The notes below the pieces were generated by a model that was given only the letters and a program-made list of their open reading frames with translations, searched no databases and had not been told where the DNA came from. DNA of 63,918 nt, filler included, from Octopus bimaculoides (lineage: Eukaryota): the NCBI RefSeq assembly GCF_001194135.2. It is 7 parts of 6 records of this genome, joined end to end, with 100 filler letters (N's around TTAATTAATTAA, not from the genome) between each part and the next. Parts side by side here need not be neighbours in the genome. Positions count along the whole stretch, not along the records: positions 61,102 to 63,918 come from NW_026353911.1; 6 more parts are not named here. One strand, 5' to 3'. The number at the start of each line of letters is the position of its first letter. The first letter of the stretch is position 1. The translations under genes and the position numbers were made by a program. Of the stretch, positions 61,102 to 63,918 are shown one piece after another.

Positions 61102-63918
61102 CAGAGAGTAAATTGTCGTTTTCTGCGAGTGCGGAGAATAAATTGTCGTTCTTTGAGTGTGCGGAGAGTAAATTTTCGTTCCCTGCAAGTGCGGTGTGTA
61201 AATTGTCGTTCCCTGCGATTGAGAGGAGTAAATCTTCGTTCCCTGCGAGGGAGAGGCGTAAATCGTTGTTCCCTCCGAGTGCGGAAAGTAAATTGTCATT
61301 TTCTGCGAGTGCGGAGAATAAATTGTCGTTTTCTGCGAGTGCGGAGCGTACATTGTCGTTCACTGCGAGTGCGAGCAGTAAATTGTCGTTTTCTGCGAGT
61401 GCGGAAAGTAAATTGTCGTTCCCTGCAAGTACAGACAGTAAATTGTCGATTTCGGCGAGTGCGGAGAGTTAATTGTCGTTCCCTGCGAGGGAGAGGCGTA
61501 AATCGTTGTTCCCTGCGAATGCGGAAAGTAAATTGTCGTTTTTTGCGAGTGCGGAGAGTAAATTGTCGTTTTCTGCGAGTGCGGAGAGTAAATGTTCGTT
61601 CTTTGCATGTGCGGAGAGTAAATTGGCGTTCCTGCGTGTGCGGAGAGTAAATCGTCGTTCACTGCAAGTGCGGTGAGTAAATCGTCGTTGCCTCCGATTG
61701 CGGAGAGTAAATTGTCTTTCCCTGCGAGGGAGAGGCGTAAATTGTCGTTCCCTGCGAGTGCGGAAAGTAAATTGTCGTTTATTGCGAGTGCGGAGTGGAA
61801 ATTGTCGTTTTCTGCGAGTACGGAGATTAAATTGTCGTTCCCTGCGATTGAGAGGAGTAAATCTTCGTTCCCTGCGAGGGATAGGCGTATATCGTCGTTC
61901 CCTACGTGTATGGAGAGTAAATTGTCGTTCTCTGCGAGTGCGGAAAGTAAATTGTCGTTTTCTGCGAGTGCGGAGACTAAATTGTCGTTCTTTGCGTGTG
62001 CGGAAAGTAAATTGTCGTTTTCTGCGAGTGCGGAGAGTAAATTGTCGTTCTCTGCGTGTGCGGACAGTAAATTGTCGTTCTCTGCGAGTGCGGGGAGTAA
62101 ATCGTCGTTCCCTGCGTTTGAGAGACGTAAATTGTCGTACCCTGCGAGTGCGGAGAGTAAATTGTCGTTCCCTTCGAGTGCGGAGAGTAAATTGTCGTTT
62201 TCTGCGAGTGCAGAGAGTAAATTGTCATTCTCTACGTGTGCGGAGAGTAAATTGTCGTTCTCTGCGAGTGCGGAGAGTAAATTGTCGTTCTCTGCGAGTG
62301 CGGAGAGTAAATTGTCGTTCTTTGCGTGTGCGGAGAGTAAATTGTCGTTTCCTGCGATTGAGAGGATTAAATCTTCGTTCCCTGCGAGGGAGAGGCGCAT
62401 ATCGTCGTTCCCTACGTGTTTGGAGAGTAAATTGTCGTTCACTGTGTGTGCGAAGCGTAAATTGTCGTTCCCTGCGAGTGCAAACAGTAAATCGTCGTTC
62501 CCTGCGATTGAGGAGAGTACATCGTCGTTTCCTGCGAGTGTGGGGAGTAAATCGTCGTTCCCTGCGTTTGAGAGGCGTAAATCGTCGTACCCTGCGAGTG
62601 CGGAGAGTAAATTGTCGTTCCTGCGTGTGCGGAGAGTAAATTGTCGTTCTCTGCGTGTGCGGAGAGTAAATCGTGGTTCCCTGCAAGTGCGGTGGGTAAA
62701 TCATCGTTCCCTGCGATTGCGGAGAGTAAATCGTCGTTCCCTGCGAGGGAGAGGCGTAAATCGTCGTTCCCTGCGAGTGCGGAAAGTAAATTGTCGTTTT
62801 CTGCGCATGCGGAGACTAAATTGTCGTTCCCTGCTGTGAGGAATAAATCTTCGCTCCCTGCAAGGGAGAGGCGTATATCGTCGTTCCCTACGTGTGTGGA
62901 AAGTAAATTGTCGTTTTCTGCAAGTGCGGAGAGTAAATTGTCGTTTTCTGCGAGTGCGGAGAGTAAATTGTCGTTCTTTGCGTATGTGGAGAGTAAATTG
63001 TCGTTCTCTGCGAGTGCGGAGAGTAAATTGTCGTTTTCTGCGAGTGCGGAGAGTAAATTGTCGTTCTTTGCGTGTGCGGAGAGTAAATTGTCGTTCTTGC
63101 GTGTGCGGTGAGTAAATCGTCGTTCCCTGCGATTGAGAGGATTAAATCTTCGTTCCCTGCGAGGGAGAGGCGTATATAATCGTTCCCTACGTGCGTGGAG
63201 AGTAAATTGCCGTTCTCTGCGTGTACGGAGAGTAAATTGTCGTTCCCTGCGAGTGCGAGCAGTAAATCGTCGTTCCCTGCGAGTAAGGNNNNNNNNNNGC
63301 GAGCAGTAAATCGTCGTTCCCTGCGAGTGAGGAGAGTAAATCGTCGTTTCCTGCGAGTGCGGGGAGTAAATCGTCGTTCCCTGCGTTTGAGAGGCGTATA
63401 TCGTCGTACCCTGCGAGTGCGGAGAGTAAATTGTCGTTCCCAATGAGTGCGGAGAGTAAATTGCCCATTTCTGCGAGTGCGGAGAGTAAATTGTCCATTT
63501 CTGCGAGTGCGGAGAGTAAATTGTTGTTCTCTGCGTGTGCGGAGAGTAAATTGTCGTTCCCTACGAGTGCGGAGAGTAAATTGTCGTTTTCTGCGAGTGC
63601 GGAGAGTAAATTGTCGTTCTCTGCGAGTGCGGAGAGTAAATTGTCGTTCTCTGCGAGTGCGGAGAGTAAATTGTCGTTTTCTTCGAGTGCAGAGAGTAAA
63701 TTGTCGTTCTTTGCGTCTGCGGAGTGTAAATTGTTGGTCCCTGCAAGTGCGGTGAGTAAATTGTCGTTCACTTTGTGTGCGGAGCGAAAATCGTCGTTCC
63801 CTGCATGTGCGAACAGTAAATCGTCGTTTCCTGCGAGTGCGGGGACTAAATCTTCGTTCCCTGCGTTTGAGAGGCGTAAATCGTCGTTCCTTGCGAGTGC
63901 GGAGAGTAAATTGTCGTT
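61102..63918. repeat. 30-bp CpG-rich satellite/minisatellite, about 90 or more diverged units, running off the window
   Basis: Consensus GCGGAGAGTAAATTGTCGTTCTCTGCGAGT with occasional 29-bp units. Confidence 0.97.

Noticed and set aside
61113-63771. Long repetitive ORFs (up to 388 aa) as real proteins; CRISPR-like array
   Set aside because: Open frames on both strands follow from a 30-bp unit, and 29-bp units shift frames freely. There are no unique spacers, so it is not CRISPR.

Overview
AT-rich, gap-ridden eukaryotic draft-assembly window. The microsatellite density and the tRNA-headed SINE families point to an octopod cephalopod (Octopus-like); this is an inference, not a database result. 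Almost all ORFs in the supplied track are microsatellite, N-gap or satellite artefacts. The only host coding sequence I can support is a minus-strand terminal exon (54567-54701) of a PDE5/6/11-type cyclic nucleotide phosphodiesterase. The rest is a dense mix of mobile-element relics: at least three SINE families; CR1-, RTE- and R4-like LINE fragments; a rearranged Penelope-like element (PLE); DD41D and DD34D Tc1/mariner fossils; hAT elements and MITEs; Helitron derivatives; a Gypsy-like LTR with gag start; and a 30-bp satellite of at least 2.8 kb. Most interesting: (i) several PLE-type minimal hammerhead ribozyme motifs, one inside a tRNA-headed SINE-like unit with a palindromic head-to-head junction; (ii) a Gypsy LTR whose PBS position matches the 5' end of tRNA-Phe rather than the canonical 3' end; (iii) inverted SINEs just downstream of the PDE stop codon, a candidate ADAR substrate.
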